Part shown: piece after piece, positions 50,101 to 64,000 of the stretch
Position numbering within the stretch: the stretch's first letter is position 1
Layout of the letters: every line of letters starts with the position of its first letter
NCBI GenBank assembly: GCA_050084515.1
Contig: CM114271.1
Location: forward strand, 19,344,001 to 19,408,000
Length of the DNA stretch: 64,000 bases
Reading direction: 5' to 3'
Origin: Blasia pusilla
Lineage: Eukaryota
Translations under genes and position numbers: made by a program
The notes under the pieces: model-generated
Told to the model about the DNA's origin: nothing
Databases searched by the model: none
What the model saw: only the letters and a program-made list of their open reading frames with translations

Positions 50101-50428
50101 ACATCTCTCCAAAGGATAGCCATGTAAACTTGAAGAAGAGAAAACATTTGGGAATAAGAGATTGTAACATTCGTAAAAGGAAAAAGAAACCCAAATGAAA
50201 CGGCCACAAAAAATTAAGTCCACCTCGCTAGCACTAGATTATTACCTAGAATGATGACCTCAATTACACCCAATAAAAGAGAACCGGTCAGCACACAACC
50301 CAAACTCAAGGAGTTGTATGTCTCAGTGCCGTTACAATGAGAAGTCATCACGCAAATTTAAAGGAGGAGAGAACTAAACAAAACCGACACACGACATAAA
50401 CCTTTCGGACATGTTTTGATGCAACTAA

Positions 50429-50647
50429 TCTATATTATTATGAGAGCACCTTCTTTATTTGCAAATGCTTCTCTTTATGACATGTGATAATTGGACGGTA
50501 AGAAAATGTTTCACATGTTATGGCACTAAAAAAAAAATTTGAATTTGTGTGTAACATCATTGATCTTTCACTCGCTACAAATTTTAAAAAAACTCTTCAC
50601 ACTTAACACTTTTGTATTCCTTTTGCATCGCCGGGGCACCTTACCAC
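50429..50647 (+). mobile_element. Short non-autonomous Helitron-like element (degenerate 3' end)
   Basis: A|TCTATATTATTATG start; homologous along its length to 58182-58404. Confidence 0.6.
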
Positions 50648-53600
50648 TCTACATGGAGAGGCATGAATATGTGCAAAGGCACTCAAACCTTTTCACCTCA
50701 TACTATTCTCATGCTTCACAAACTTTCCTAAACAAAGAACTTGTGCAAGATTAATGGTTTCTGAATCAATGTGGCCTCCTCGTAATGTAAAATAAAAATG
50801 AGCTAGTGGAGGAGTAAAGTAACGCAACTAGGAGGTGTAAAATCCCCCAAGGATGTTAGAGATTTAACATGACACATTTTTGGATGCCCAGGAATGATGT
50901 CCCAATTCGAAAATGTAGAGCTCCAAATACAGTTGGGCTAATCACTGGGGTAGATAAAACGCCCTTGAACTGGTTCCTCACTACTCATGCTAAAGCGTTC
51001 CCTGACAGCAACTCGGAGGTTAAATGAAGGGGCCATAAACCCTTTGCGCAACGAAGCCCTTCATTGAGTCATGATCGCTCTGCAAGGATGATTACAGGTG
51101 CATTTGGTTTTGGCGTGACGCTTGTGAGCTGACAAAGAATGCTGGTTAATGATCAAATGATGGGAGTTATGGTTGGGGCATCCGACCGCAACAATCGAAA
51201 CCCTTCATATCCACATCTGTTCACTTACGCATGCTTTGGGAAGATATGGATATCGCGGTACAAGCTCTGTCTGTGACTCCGTGCGACATTTTGAGCTTAC
51301 AGCGAAGAAGAGCTCGTCGAAGTTACTGTGGACGAAACTTTTGCCCAAGAAATCTGACAGCGGCGAGTTTCCGGTTACTTGCCCGCACGCGCTCTTCGAG
51401 GACCCCTGGACTGCTCGAGCAATCGTCGATGCCATGAGTCATGAATGGTGAATTAATTCTTGGATCTACCCTCGATCGATGCCCGATGATTTGCTGTCTC
51501 CTGAAATTTCCAGTCTCATGTGCTGCTGCATGGAGCCTCTTTTAACTTCGACGACGGACAGCATTTTCGGCTATTTTTCCCGACAGCAATTGCTCCGTTT
51601 CACATCGTTGCTCGATCGTCTAAATACATGATCATCCTCATCCTATGTGTGCTCGATCCATGAAGCCCGATCGATCTCCACGGAGTTTTTTGCAGTTCAG
51701 GTCTGAGAGTGCAGCTAAGGCCAAGTCAAATCAAGTTACTGCATCGTCGCTTCTGACAGGCAACCCCTCGGAACCCTCGTTTACCCATCAGAGGATCGTT
51801 GCTTTCTCGAAATGCTTTCTTGGTTGAATGCTTGCATGATTGGCAATAATTTCTAACGAAGATACTGCACTCTTGAGACCCTCGTTTCCGCCGGCCTCGT
51901 GTTCTGAGTAACGCTACCTCAATGGGCATTCATGATGGCCACTGGTCCTCCTCATAAGGGCATGTTGCACCCGCTCCTACTCCCATGACTGTCGAGTCTG
52001 GTCCGTTGAGAATCGGCACCGTCTACACTTAGACATGGTAAGAAAATCACCGGCGCCTCTGGAACACTTAGGGTTCTCAACTTTTCAAAAAACACTCAAA
52101 ATGTGTGTGGTTGAGGATTCCGGCTTCCTCTCAAGATCGTCGCTCTGGAGGGCTCATAGAAGTCTTTTCACAGAGAAATCTACGGCCCATGCTTTCATTT
52201 CTCTGCAAACTTCCCTTCCACATACGTACGAAGAAAGAAACCTCACCTCGGTTACCGGCCCTTGTCGACATGCGACTTGAAACCTCATGACAAATGTGTG
52301 AGCACTCCCCGCGAGGTATCACTCATTGACTGGATCGCATGGTTGCGGTCTTTGTTCCAACGTTGCTAGCGTGAGTGCGAACTTTTGGACTGATCATTGA
52401 AGAGCACTGAACGCTCATGCAGCGAGATTCCTTGGTGGCCGCACCTCTGCAAGTACGTTCGTACGTCCAGCGTCCATTCTATCTTTGTAATAACAGGATT
52501 GCGTGGATCGATATGAAACTCAACCTGAGAATCTGTAACTCGTTTCTTGCATTTTCGGATCAGCTTTTTGAATTCAGGGGGCTTTAGGTGGAATTGCGAA
52601 GTTACGCCATTACTTCTGTGTAGTCACAGATGGCATGCGCTCATAGTTAGGGTATTGATCGATAGGCCAATCGCATCTCACGAGATAAGTGCATGGGCCA
52701 TGCGTGCTTGTCAGCGCCGAGATAGTGGCCTATGGCTGTTATTGTAATGGGACAATCAGGGTGTGAGAAACCCGTGACCGCTAGGAAATCGATTACAAAA
52801 TCTTTAGCACATGCACCGTGTCTATAAATTGAACCTCCCGGATAAGATCTACCTTTCTCACATCGTCGATATTTGGAACGGCGTGGCAATGGGACACAGT
52901 CTTGGGGAGTTGGGGAAATTCTCAGAAATGTTCCAGAAATAGCGGGAATTTCTCAGAATTCTCTTCCCGTGTGGCCTGCCAAAGCCACGCGCAGTAGTAA
53001 AAGCGACGACTCTATTTGGAAATACAGGAATCCAGCGTCCTTCCCGCTCTCGGACGGAGGCCCGGTGCGGCTCGATCTCTTCCCCTCTGAAACACTCAAC
53101 CCTAATATCTGCAGCGTCTGAAGAAATAACGATCCCAATTTTTTGACAATGCAGTCACACAACAGGACAAGTAACTTCCATGAAAGATGGATGCAATGAC
53201 ATCACTCACCCTTCCAATTCAACAAAAGTTGCAGAAAGTGACGCCCGTTGGTCTACGTCAACACCCGCACTCTACCGTCTTTCCAAAATCCGCGCTTCCA
53301 CATGCGTTCCCACGTACAACAAGCTGCGCGCGGCGCTTCGCTCCGCTGAGACGGACGTCCGCCATCGCCACTCCTTACGATCTCCGCAGAGCACTGTCGG
53401 CTTTCCGAATGCGCCTCGGCATAGGTACATCTTTTCATCTGTCCGCAATATCACGAAGGTACCCATACCCGACACCAATGTTTTCGGAAACTGCTGCAAA
53501 AAGTAAGGACTCCCACCATGAACTCAACTAAAGCGGATAGCACGGTGCCGAAAGGAGCTGAAAATCGAACTTGAATAAAAGCGGGTGGCGATTTCTCAAA

Positions 53601-54219
53601 AGTTCATAAAAGGCAATCAATCTGCCAGCTGAGGAGAGGGATCACAACGGGGAATCCTTACAAACTCACTTTATGCACCGACCTCGAAAACAATATTGTT
53701 GCATGAATATGACTATCAATAAAAGAGTGAGAGAACTGTATGAGCCAACAAAGTTTTAGGTCACAACTAGTAGAAAGGAAGGGAAAAGGGAACCCTTCGG
53801 AAACCGACTTCATCTCTGTAATTGCCATGGAAAAGAAAGCCTGAACCAAAAGGGGATGATGGGGAATCCATCTGGAGCACAAAAGAGGGGGATAAGCACA
53901 AAAAGGCCACAACCAATCCTACCCATGGAAACATGACGAGCATGGAAACAATGGCCGCAATGGCGAAAACGGGATTCAAGAAGCTAAGAAAGTTTTAGCT
54001 CACGACATGTGAGAGGAAAGGAAAGAAGAAACCTTTTAGAAACTCACTTCATCACTCCTTAGTAATCATGAATATTGCTTCCAGGAAATATGACATGAGC
54101 CAAATAGGGGATAGACATGTCTTGATTTGTAAATCAAATTTGCATCAAAATGAAATACATAGTACGTGAAAATATTGAAATACTTGTTTTTTAATAAGAA
54201 ACTAGGGAACCAAAGATCT

Positions 54220-55020
54220 TAACTATTCACAAAATACCTCGTACTCTTTTCCTTAAGTCGTCAAGATTAAATTTTGAGTCTTATCCAATTGTTACCTCAA
54301 GATTGGAATTCGACACAACATTGAGAACAAAAAAAAATCAACAATTGAGGCCTTATTCTATCTCTTTTATGAATTGTCTTCATGCCTCCCTCGGAGTAAC
54401 TTGTATTCATCCAAAAGCCTAGAGACTTTGTGACGGCATATTTTGAGATATCATGAATAATTTTTTTAATTCAAAAGATTTTGAAATCCATGTATTTCAT
54501 TTTGTATATATTTAAGTGTTATGTTGATTTTAATTATAAACTATGAGACTTAAAATTGAAACCATTCACAAAATACTTCATGTTGTTTTCCTTAAGTCCT
54601 TAATGTTTGAGTCCTATCCCATGGGTATTTCAAGATTGGAATTCAACATAAGATTGATTAGAATCATCACAATATTAAAAAAAAAATTTGAATGAATGAG
54701 TAGTATAAACCTTCTTCTCCGCCACTATTACCTTCATATCTCCTTGAATATATTGTCATATTTATCTAAAAATCTTGAGAATTTGTGAAAGAGTTTCTTT
54801 CAGATATTACGAGTAAGTTCCATTCCCAATTTTTCCAAAAGAAATAGAAATGCAAGCATGAGAGTAAAAACAAAAACTTGGAATACTGAACTATTATTTG
54901 TAATTTCATTTTAAACTACAAAACTGAAGAGTTGAGCCACTTATAAGACACCTCATGTTTTGAACTCAAGTCCATAGCATCAGAGTCTCATCACAAATCT
55001 ACTGAAATATTAGAATTCAA
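54220..55020. repeat. Degenerate ~340-375-bp tandem repeat, about 2.3 units
   Basis: ATTCACAAAATAC...TTCCTTAAGTC...TCAAGATTGGAATTC recurs near 54224 and 54564, and more weakly near 54940. Confidence 0.7.
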
Positions 55021-56313
55021 GGTATATATGGAAATTCTGAAAGTAGGTAATTATTCTTTCTATTAAAAGTTAATTAGCTCCCAATGGAGACACCTTTATA
55101 TCTGACACATTATGTCAAACATATCCTCCCCACCCCAACACATCTCTCAAAAAACATGAAAATGAGTTAATTTTATATACAAGGTTTAAGATCGATCGAT
55201 CTCTCTCTCTCTCTCTCTCTCCCTCCATGAATGTGCTCGGGTCACACATTCATTTCCAACATCGATCAATTTTCTTTTTTTTGTTAATATATACAAAGTA
55301 CGAGATCAATAATGATTTTAGGAATGAATTTTCTCAATGGTTTGATTTTAGGAACCAAAACATAGAGGTTAGTCTTCCGATGCGCAAGTGACAATTGTAT
55401 ATTTGCATAATAGTGTCTGCTTTCATTAAGGGTGTAATGTTCCTTCTACTCATGCACCATATTACTAAATGTTCCCATTCGCATAGTCATTCATAGAAGT
55501 GTGTGAAGATTACATAGATGTATCCTATTCTCTCCTACTCTAAGTAATTTTAGAGGATAAAGAAAGGTTTTAAAGCAACCTTATTTCATAGGTTTTGAAG
55601 GTTGTGACAATTCTGATTAAAAGTAAAACCGTATGGTCTAGCAAAAGTTGCAAAATCTAATGGAGTTTTTGGAAGGAACATGGTTAGTCTCAATAATTTG
55701 CATAATTTGCATATACCTTTTCACTTTTTTGGTCTTTTTGAAGGTCCTTTTAGAAAAACATGTATCGTGGTATAATATTATTGTTACACTTGTATAGATA
55801 AAATTAAGTGGAATTTTCTTGAAATCAGAGGAGCTATCAAATTTCATAAGAGAACTTTTGATTTCTCTATGGGCCCTCTTTAAGACTTTTTTTGCTTTAA
55901 ATAGGTCTCTGACCATGGATTTTGGTGAGGAAGGGTTGAAGATTGCTTGATATTGTACTAAGCAAGAGATTTTGTTGCATATAAGTTCCATTTTGTGGTA
56001 GATACTTCCATAAGTATCACTTCCACTAACGTTTGGCTAGGATCTATGATGTTTGAGTTGCAAACCCTTGTTGGAGAGGATGAAAGTAGCTTGATGATAT
56101 ATAGATGTGCGCAATCATGATTATAAGATTTGATCAAATACGGCATTTACTTAAGGAGAATCTAATTTCTAGTCATGCTGATAATCCTAATGAGGTATCA
56201 TAAACCTTTTTCTAAACAAGAAGAATGAATATCAAAAAAATATGCGAATCAGAAATTTTCCAAACATAATCAATATGTAGCAAGTTATCTATAAGTGTTT
56301 TTTTATGAATCTC

Positions 56314-56559
56314 AAAATAGAGTAATCAATCCCTACTAGAACTCTTAGGTCCTATCTCACCCCTACCAAGAAAAAGATCTTTTCCTTGGTAGAGGTGATT
56401 TGGCTCAAGGATGAAGGTGAGGTAGTGCAAGATTTGGTAGCCTTCGGTTTTAGTCGACTAAAATTTAGACAAAATACCCTTTAAGTTTTGATTATTTTGT
56501 AAGTATGATGAAGGTCTCTATGTCCTAAGATCCCTAGTAGGGATTGATGACTCTATTTT
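56314..56559. mobile_element. MITE/foldback-like element with ~36-bp imperfect TIRs
   Basis: AAAATAGAGTAATCAATCCCTACTAGAACTCTTAGG versus the reverse complement of CCTAAGATCCCTAGTAGGGATTGATGACTCTATTTT. Confidence 0.7.
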
Positions 56560-56575
56560 ATCAATCTTATAGTAC

Positions 56576-56731
56576 ATTCTTATAGTTTAAAGTCAAATAA
56601 GTTTATAAATAAATAATCAACTTTGTATTTCAAAGCTATCTTGTATAGAATACAAAGCTGATACAAAGATGTATAAAATAAGATTCCTGATTATTAATCT
56701 ATAAATTTATTTGACTTTAAACTATAAGAAT
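56576..56731. mobile_element. Second MITE/foldback-like element with ~44-bp TIRs
   Basis: ATTCTTATAGTTTAAAGTCAAATAA... and ...TTATTTGACTTTAAACTATAAGAAT; 3 mismatches over 44 bp by manual alignment. Confidence 0.72.
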
Positions 56732-57867
56732 CTTGGAATCTAGAATATCTCGTTCAATTTTTTATTTCTTCAACTATATATGATTTTGATATTCATTAAA
56801 CTAGTATTAAATATATATGTTGCAAAATTAAAATTTTGCCATTACTCCCTCCCCGATTTGAATATCAATGCTTTTTTTCCCACTACCCCTCTTAAACACT
56901 CTACTTGTTATAAACAATTATCGAAATATCCCCTTCTAAATTTAGAACCTCCATCTCACATTCTTATTTTAATGAAAAAAAAATCTCACGCCCTTGATTT
57001 TGAGAAAGAATGTTTTTCCCTTCTTTCTTTCTCATAGAGAAAAGAAAATCTAGTCACCTACTGTCTCCTATTTGGAAAATCAAAATCGAAGCTACCCTTA
57101 TTGCTTCCTTAAATTCCCTCCTAACCATATCCCTATTGTCAATATTTCCCTACTTTTGTTTATCTTCACCATTGCTACATATTTCAAAGGAATTTTAGAG
57201 GTTAATTTTAGTGTTATTCTTTTATCCTATCTATAATTATTATTGCATTTTGCAATAGTACTATTGATTTGTACACTTTTGCTCTCATGTAATGCCTTGA
57301 GCCTCCCTTCCCTTTCCCATCCCATCCATCTCATCATCATTTTCTACCCTCTTAGAATATTTTCTCTTCAAAGAAATAGAGAGGGTTTCTTTTTTACTTT
57401 CTAAAGGAACAAAGAGGATTCTTTGGAGACAATTGGAGGGATATGGGTCCATTCCTCCTCTCCAAATCTCTCCTAATTCCTTATCTCATCTTCACTCCCC
57501 CATTGAAAATAATTCCCAATCTCTCACCCCCTCTCTTATTGAAAATTTTACATTTATATAAATACAACAAAGCATTTTTTCCAAATAGATGAAAGAAAAT
57601 TTATTTCTACATTATTTTTAATTTTCAGGTTCAATCGGGATTAAACTCTACTTTGGAAAACAAAACAATCAAAATTTATTATTTTATTTTCGTAATTGAG
57701 ATATGGGGATTAGAAAAAAAACCATGACTTCTTTTTCGCCTAATTAATAAAAGAAAAAGACCCTTTTTTTTCAAGGAGGTTAAAGGTGCATTATCAAGGG
57801 AATCTTTCCTTGCTATTTTTAGTCATCTTTTCTAATGTTAAACTCTATAAATTTAACATATGTCCAA

Positions 57868-58065
57868 TCTATATTACTATGGGAGACTATCTTCTTGATT
57901 TGTAAATACCGCTGTACTTGACATGTGGCAATCGGGCAACAACAAAATATTTCTCTTTATACGGATAATAAGAAAATGTTTTTCACTCTACATGCAACAA
58001 GACTTTTTTTGTTGCCAACAAGATTAATTCCTTCACTTCCATGCATGGCATGTCGTGCCCATTAG
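57868..58065 (+). mobile_element. Short non-autonomous Helitron-like element
   Basis: A|TCTATATTACTATGGG start; CATGCATGGCATG hairpin remnant and TTAG|T end; homologous to 58182-58404. Confidence 0.6.
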
Positions 58066-58181
58066 TAAGACAAAATAGCAATATTTTGAATTTTGTTCTT
58101 TGACTTAAACTACATGGATAGATTGAGAACGAATTTGAAGGGGACAGAAAAATATTTTTTTATTTAATTAATAATTAATAA

Positions 58182-58404
58182 TCTATATTATTATGGGACA
58201 ATGTCTTCTTGATTTGCAAACACCTCTCTATTTGACACGCGGTAATTGGGAACCAAGAAAATGTTTCACATGCTACGAGCAGCAAGAAAAAAAATTGAAT
58301 TTGTGTGCAACATATTAATCTCTTCCCTTCACGAACTACACACACTAACAAAAGCTCTTCAAACACTTTTTTATTTCCCGTGCATTCCACAAGCACCTTA
58401 CTAG
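58182..58404 (+). mobile_element. Short non-autonomous Helitron-like element
   Basis: 5' TC after A, 3' CTAG before T, decayed subterminal hairpin CCCGTGCATTCCAC, no TSD. These are Helitron hallmarks. Confidence 0.72.
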
Positions 58405-58436
58405 TAACTTTACATAATCATTGTCCCCACTTTGAG

Positions 58437-58576
58437 ACTTTTCATTTCCAATCATCTCACCCAATGCATCACGCGTACAAAAACTTTATTAGTTATGATA
58501 ATTTAAACTTTTCATTTCCAATCATCTCACCCAATGCATCACGCGTACAAAAACTTTATTAGTTATGATAATTTAA
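58437..58576. repeat. Perfect 70-bp tandem duplication
   Basis: 58437-58506 is identical to 58507-58576. Confidence 0.95.
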
Positions 58577-59860
58577 TGATTAGTGGATCAATTAAAAAAA
58601 GGCAAATTTAAAGCCTTTTTGCTAATGCTGAGAAATTTAAACTTGATAGAAAAGGGCAAGAAACTTTGATAATATGGACATATTCTTTTTTGCACATGTT
58701 CAATCAAATACTTATTATTCACAATCTAAAAGAAACATATCTATCTCCTTTATCATAAGTGTCCGTGATTGTTGTTACATGTCCCCTAAGAATCCGAGTG
58801 AATGTTCTAAGACTTGCACCATCATTCTCCACAACTTTCCTAGCACTTCCATCTCCTCGCCATTCCCCCTCCTATTTTTATAAAGATGATAAGTAATTAT
58901 GAAGGGATATGATTGGAAGTTTGATTCCAAGATTTTAATTTATGCTAGTGGTGGTATATCATGATTATGTTGACTAGTGGGCAATTGAATTCAAATATAT
59001 GGTTATCCATAATTTGTAATTATTTTCAATGTGTCAAATTTGAGCTATATCTCTAAATTTTACATGTTGGTTTAAACTTTGTCTTTATGGATTAAAAAAA
59101 ATCTTCAAACAATGCCCAACTTGTACTCCAAAAATTTGGAAATCTAATATGATCTCATGTTTAATCATAAATTTAATTTAAAATTTCTCTCCTATAACAT
59201 AAATATTATTTACTTATAGAATCCTTGGTTCTAAATTTTTTTTAAATACTTTTTGCTTTAAGTTATATAGTACAACAATAACTATAGTAGTATCATAGAC
59301 CATCTCATTATGCATCACATAATTATAAAAATAGACAAACAAACTTGGCACACAAAATTTTATTTTAAGAGGAATAATCATTTTATATGGTACCATATTT
59401 TTTTAATATTTACTCATTTTCTCTTATGCGAGATCACTTAAAATCTAACAACAAAAAATAATTAGATTGTAATAAGAGCAAAATCTAACTTATTTGGGAT
59501 CTTTTTGTCCTCGAGATGATAATATCTCTTTGCATAATTTTTACTTGCAATTAAAAATAAAATCAAGAACATAGAAGAGAAAAAATGCAAGATAATTATT
59601 GTCACAAGAATGATTATCCTCTCGATGACTCCAAAAGGCAAATCTTATATAAATTAATTGATTATTGTCCATTGGGATTAAAAGCAAGGATCATAGGACT
59701 TTGATTTGCAAACTATAAGAGATAAGATAACTTGTAAATTGGGAAAACATAATGATGAAAAGAAAAATAATCATACAACCAAGAGAATGAAACAAAATAA
59801 AGGTAAGCATTCAAGTTCCTCTTAAGTATTCATATGTTATTGATACATATTACACAATAT

Positions 59861-59995
59861 ATGGTGGAGAGAACACATGAATAGTAGGGGAGACACAAAC
59901 CTACTTGTATGATGGAGAGAACACATGAATTCTACTTGAGACACAAGGCTACATGTATAATGGAGAGAACACATTATGAACAAGGGAGATACATA
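59861..59995. repeat. 48-bp minisatellite, ~3 units
   Basis: TGGAGAGAACACAT at 59865, 59913 and 59961. Confidence 0.85.
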
Positions 59996-60757
59996 AAAAT
60001 CCCTTTTTTCCTTCCATATGTCTTGCCATATATTTCTCCCATGACCTTCCTCAAGAGGCTCTTGAAGTTGATTGAAGTATAAAATTTCTTGTACATTTAT
60101 AGAAGGCTTTATTCATAAAGGAAGATGAAAACTTGCCTCTTCCAAGAAGGTTTTAAGAGACTTGGTAGAATACACGATACCCTACAAAAACTAAATTGTT
60201 ATAGAATATGAAACCTAAAGAGCATGTTCTCCATGTCCATTCAAATTTCAATCCACTTTTCCACTAGCTAATGTTATTCCTTCTCTCCCACATTCAAATT
60301 CAATCCACTTCTAGATTTTAGAATTACCCTTTTATTTTCCTGAAAATTAATTATGTACATGAAAAAATAAATCATAACAAAAAGAATTAATCATAATCTA
60401 ATATTTTACCTCAAATATACAAAATAAGGGAACATGTTTCTTTCATACTTTCCATAAGACTTCCTTGAGAAATTGGTATAGATGAAAACTTAAGCTTCAT
60501 GTATTTATTGATCATTTTTAATACTAAGTCTTACAATGGAAGGAAAGTGTGCTCCATTGAGATGCAACTCTATGCTCATTATCAAACTTGTGAACCCCCC
60601 ATCCATGAATCAAATTCAATGAATAGCCCCGTTACTACATTTCTAGCTTGCTAGTACGTAGTCAGGTGTTTATAGTTATTGCTTATATTATTTCTCTACC
60701 TATCATTCATGTATTGTTGGTGAGATTAGATCTTAGGATATTTCTTTGCTTCCATTA

Positions 60758-61539
60758 TGTTGCAACCCTAATAACCAAACATGGGCCAATATGGAATATT
60801 AGAACTCTCGTGGGCTCACATTATGATGGAAACACGTTAGAGTCTTACATGCAAGATATGAGTTACAAAAGCGAGCCACAAACTTTAATGGAAATCTCAA
60901 GTCATGAGGATCATAACTTGGAAGAGTATAACCACATGTAGGATGAAACTTGATAAAGTCCCACAAGAATTGGATTTCAAGCAAACTACAACCTAGCTTA
61001 GAACTTGATCGAGGGTTTGTTGGCTTTCCATGTTTAGATCATAATATATTAGCCCAAGATCAGTTTGGGATGAAAAATATGGTTTTGGAAAGCTTGTAAG
61101 AAGACAATTCCAATGCACTAAAGATCTTGAAAAACTCATAAGCAAAAGTCTTGGAATAAGGCAAGAATTTTCAAAATCATAGTTTAGGTTGAGGGATGTA
61201 AGGAGAGACCAAAGAGGGATTCTTTGGATGAAATAGGGGTGAATTGCCCTAGAACTATATGGAAATGGGAGGGTCTCTTATAGTGTTTGGAATCAAAATC
61301 CCACTTTGGGAACCTTGGGGGTTGAACCAAAGGCACGTGATGGAATGAGAGGTTAGCATTGGGATTATGACATCAAGACAAGTCCAAGTAGTTCAATTTT
61401 GGGCTCAAACCTTGGACCTTGATATGGGGCTAAAATATTAAATTTGATCACCAAACGCACTAGTGTCATTTCAGTTCCCTATACTATCAAGGAAGTATGT
61501 CCCAAGCCTTGAATGGCTTCGATATGTTTACAAGTGACA
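60758..61539 (+). mobile_element. Solo LTR (782 bp), diverged relative of L3 (13125-14089)
   Basis: TGTTGCAACCCT...GTGACA with TSD CATTA/TATTA. Shares collinear blocks with L3 (ACCAAAC, GTGGGCTCACA, GCACTAAAGATC, CCCACTTTGGG, CCAAG.CTTGAA). Confidence 0.8.
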
Positions 61540-63018
61540 TATTATATTAGGATATGACTTGATTAGTTTTACTGAGTTTGAGGAATGACTCAAGACTCAG
61601 ACTTTGGAGACGCAATGTTGGTTAGCCCAAACTGTGACGATTGTGAGTGTGTTTGTTAGCAAATTAGTAACGAGAACGTGACCTTGCTTGTTTAACACAA
61701 GCTTCTACGCCATAGAAGACCGACGTTCAAGTCAAAAGATGCACGACACGTCGAGTGTGGCCTAGGTGTACCCCACTATCTAAATACCTCCTCCTTTACT
61801 TCGAGACAACCCCCGATCTTCTTTTATTCACGGACAAAAGGGGAAAAAATTGCATGTTGATTCTATCTTGAATCGGATCCGTTTGTGTCATGGAGGAGCC
61901 CTCCAAGAGTGGGAGGGAATGAAGTAAGAAGAACATCCCTAGCACTTAAAAAGCTTTCTTTGGTTGAATTGCGCTATGAACCTTACGTCAATGGCAGTAG
62001 AACTCCCATGAGCTAGGGGGTAGCGTTATGGCCTTAGATCAAAATACCATACGACACAATTTCCTCTCTCGAACCCTAAACGACAACCGCCATCAACCAT
62101 CCGCTAGCACCCAAGTGAATGTGGAGAGAAGAAGTTCATCGCCACAAGAAACCATGTCCCCTTTGAATACCCATTCTTCTATTAAACACAAGAATCACAA
62201 AACATCTTTCACCCCACAACGTTGAACGTACCGTCCGTCCGGTTGTCCTCCTCACGGATCCGTCACGTAGGAAGACTCCGATTCTTAAAGTTTGCAATCA
62301 TTGCCTGGCAAAATCCCTACATGGGAGCTGCAGAGTGCAGACTGAATCCATCCGTAGGCCGTAGAGAGCTCGAAGAATTCTGTACAAACATGTTTCCAAC
62401 CGCTCGCGCTCATGAAGCGTCATATCGTTCACTGATCACCTCCGCCCTATCTTCGTATTGCGCTCTCTCTCCCTCTCTCTCTCTCTGTGCGCGGTTCTTT
62501 CTGTCGGGGCGGCAGATTGCTTGCATCAGAGCATATATGGTGGGATATTCATTTTCTTTTCTAAAAGTGGAGTGAGGAAATGCTTCATCCCTTGGAATCG
62601 TTTCCGTCAGTGCCGTGATGAATCCGGTGGTTGGCCGGTCCACGAAACGTGTATTCCACAGGCGCGCCACTAACTCGTACTGATCACGGGGTTACGGATC
62701 GTGGCAGAAGATCGTTTGCTGGTTCTCCTCGGGGCCGGTTCTGGCCTCTTGAGGTCTATTTCTTTGGCTCTCTATGCCCCGGGGCTCTTTTGTATCGTGA
62801 TGGGTTTCCCATCCTCTTTCTGCATATAATTTATTTCCCCCTTTTGCTGGATGGATTGGATGGATGTGAAGCCCACAATCCAATGCCCGCTTGCTCGTTG
62901 TTTGTACAGTCGGTATCGAAAATGTACATCGTGCGCGATCCTTTTTCTCGATCTTTAGCTCGTTACTGTTCACATGAGGACCGCCCCACTCCTCCCTCTT
63001 CGTCTCTCTCGTCCCCTC

Positions 63019-63050
<32 letters not shown>

Positions 63051-64000
63051 TTCTTTCTCTCTCACTAGGCTAGAGCTCGAGGCCTAGTCGCCTGCTCGAG
63101 TGCATTATGGAGAGTGGAGGACGATGTTCTGACGATTCCTGGTCGTGCAATCCGTAGATGGTGGGGTGGGGTGGGGTGGGGTGGGAGGAGGCTGGCAAGG
63201 AGGAAGCTACAGCTGACACTTGCACAGTTCTCACTCGATCCCTGAACTCGCAATTAAGCCATGGAAGCTGCCATCATCGAGCAATCAAACGTCGGCACTC
63301 AGTTCGAGTGACCACAGCCTAAGCAAAGGCAGGTGTCTCACAATCATCGGATGGAAACCGTATCTGCTGTCCAAGAATGGGGCCGGCCTAAGTCAATCAC
63401 GCATTGCCTAGATGAGACAATTCGGGAAGCTGTGGAGTCGTGGCGTGGCACACTTCCCAGCAATCGCCATTGAAGTAGTACATCACTTTCACGTGACTGT
63501 CAGTCTCTCTCTCTCTCTCTCTCACGGAACCTCAATTTTCGTACTGTTTAGAGATGGACAGAATTCCAAACTATAGTTTTCCTTCGCAGATTTTCAGGAC
63601 CTTGCAACTGTTTCGAAAGATGGAGCGATTTGCCACCTTTACCCAACCGACAATCATCTCAGACCACAGCTTTCGATCTTCCACAGAATTGGCACTTTTG
63701 TGGAACGGAAAGCACGCTTTTGCCAATTTCATCCACTCACGATTATTGGGCTGACAGTGTGTCCACTTTTACGGGGCGCAAATCGTGCTTTTGCGAATTC
63801 CATCTACTCACAATTGTTGAGCTCAGGCTCTTGCCCTTCACCCTGTTCCTGCCCGTCCCATCATTCCGCATCTGCTTGTAGCAGCTGTCAAGTCTTGGTC
63901 GGCCACTCATCGAGTCCTCCTCGCCATGGAATTTAACTCATCCGTTTCTTCCATTCTCTCCCGCTGGATTGTTCCCACTGACATGGAATCTTTTCAAGCA

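Noticed and set aside
59861-59995. CRISPR-like repeat-spacer pattern
   Set aside because: The inter-repeat segments are homologous to each other, so it is a 48-bp minisatellite; eukaryotic context and no cas genes.

Overview
Land-plant nuclear DNA, probably a non-flowering lineage (inferred from sequence style only). Positions ~1-24.8 kb are a block of nested, decayed retrotransposons. Positions ~28-64 kb are gene space with two intact, co-oriented three-exon alpha-expansin genes (30704-31979 and 45676-47184, minus strand) and AT-rich tracts holding small Helitrons, foldbacks and a solo LTR. The main discovery is a Ty3/Gypsy-type family present three times: copy 1 at 1-6620 (+), copy 2 at 11160-~24050 (+) and a 3' fragment at 7475-8630 (-). 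Its polyprotein reads Gag CCHC - aspartic protease - DNMT3-like C5 cytosine methyltransferase (motifs I, IV GWPCQG, VI ENV, VIII, IX, X) - RT - RNase H - DDE integrase - C-terminal PHD finger. It has two further oddities. First, an in-frame TAG-CAA-CCA (TMV-type readthrough context) is conserved between the methyltransferase and RT in both long copies. Second, the 3' end is non-canonical: purine tract - B - 2 nt - A - B, an internal CA-NN-TG end-to-end junction resembling the split direct repeats of tyrosine-recombinase retroelements. All copies are pseudogenised, but removing the nested insertions restores the reading frames. All domain calls come from manual translation and motif recognition; no database searches were run.
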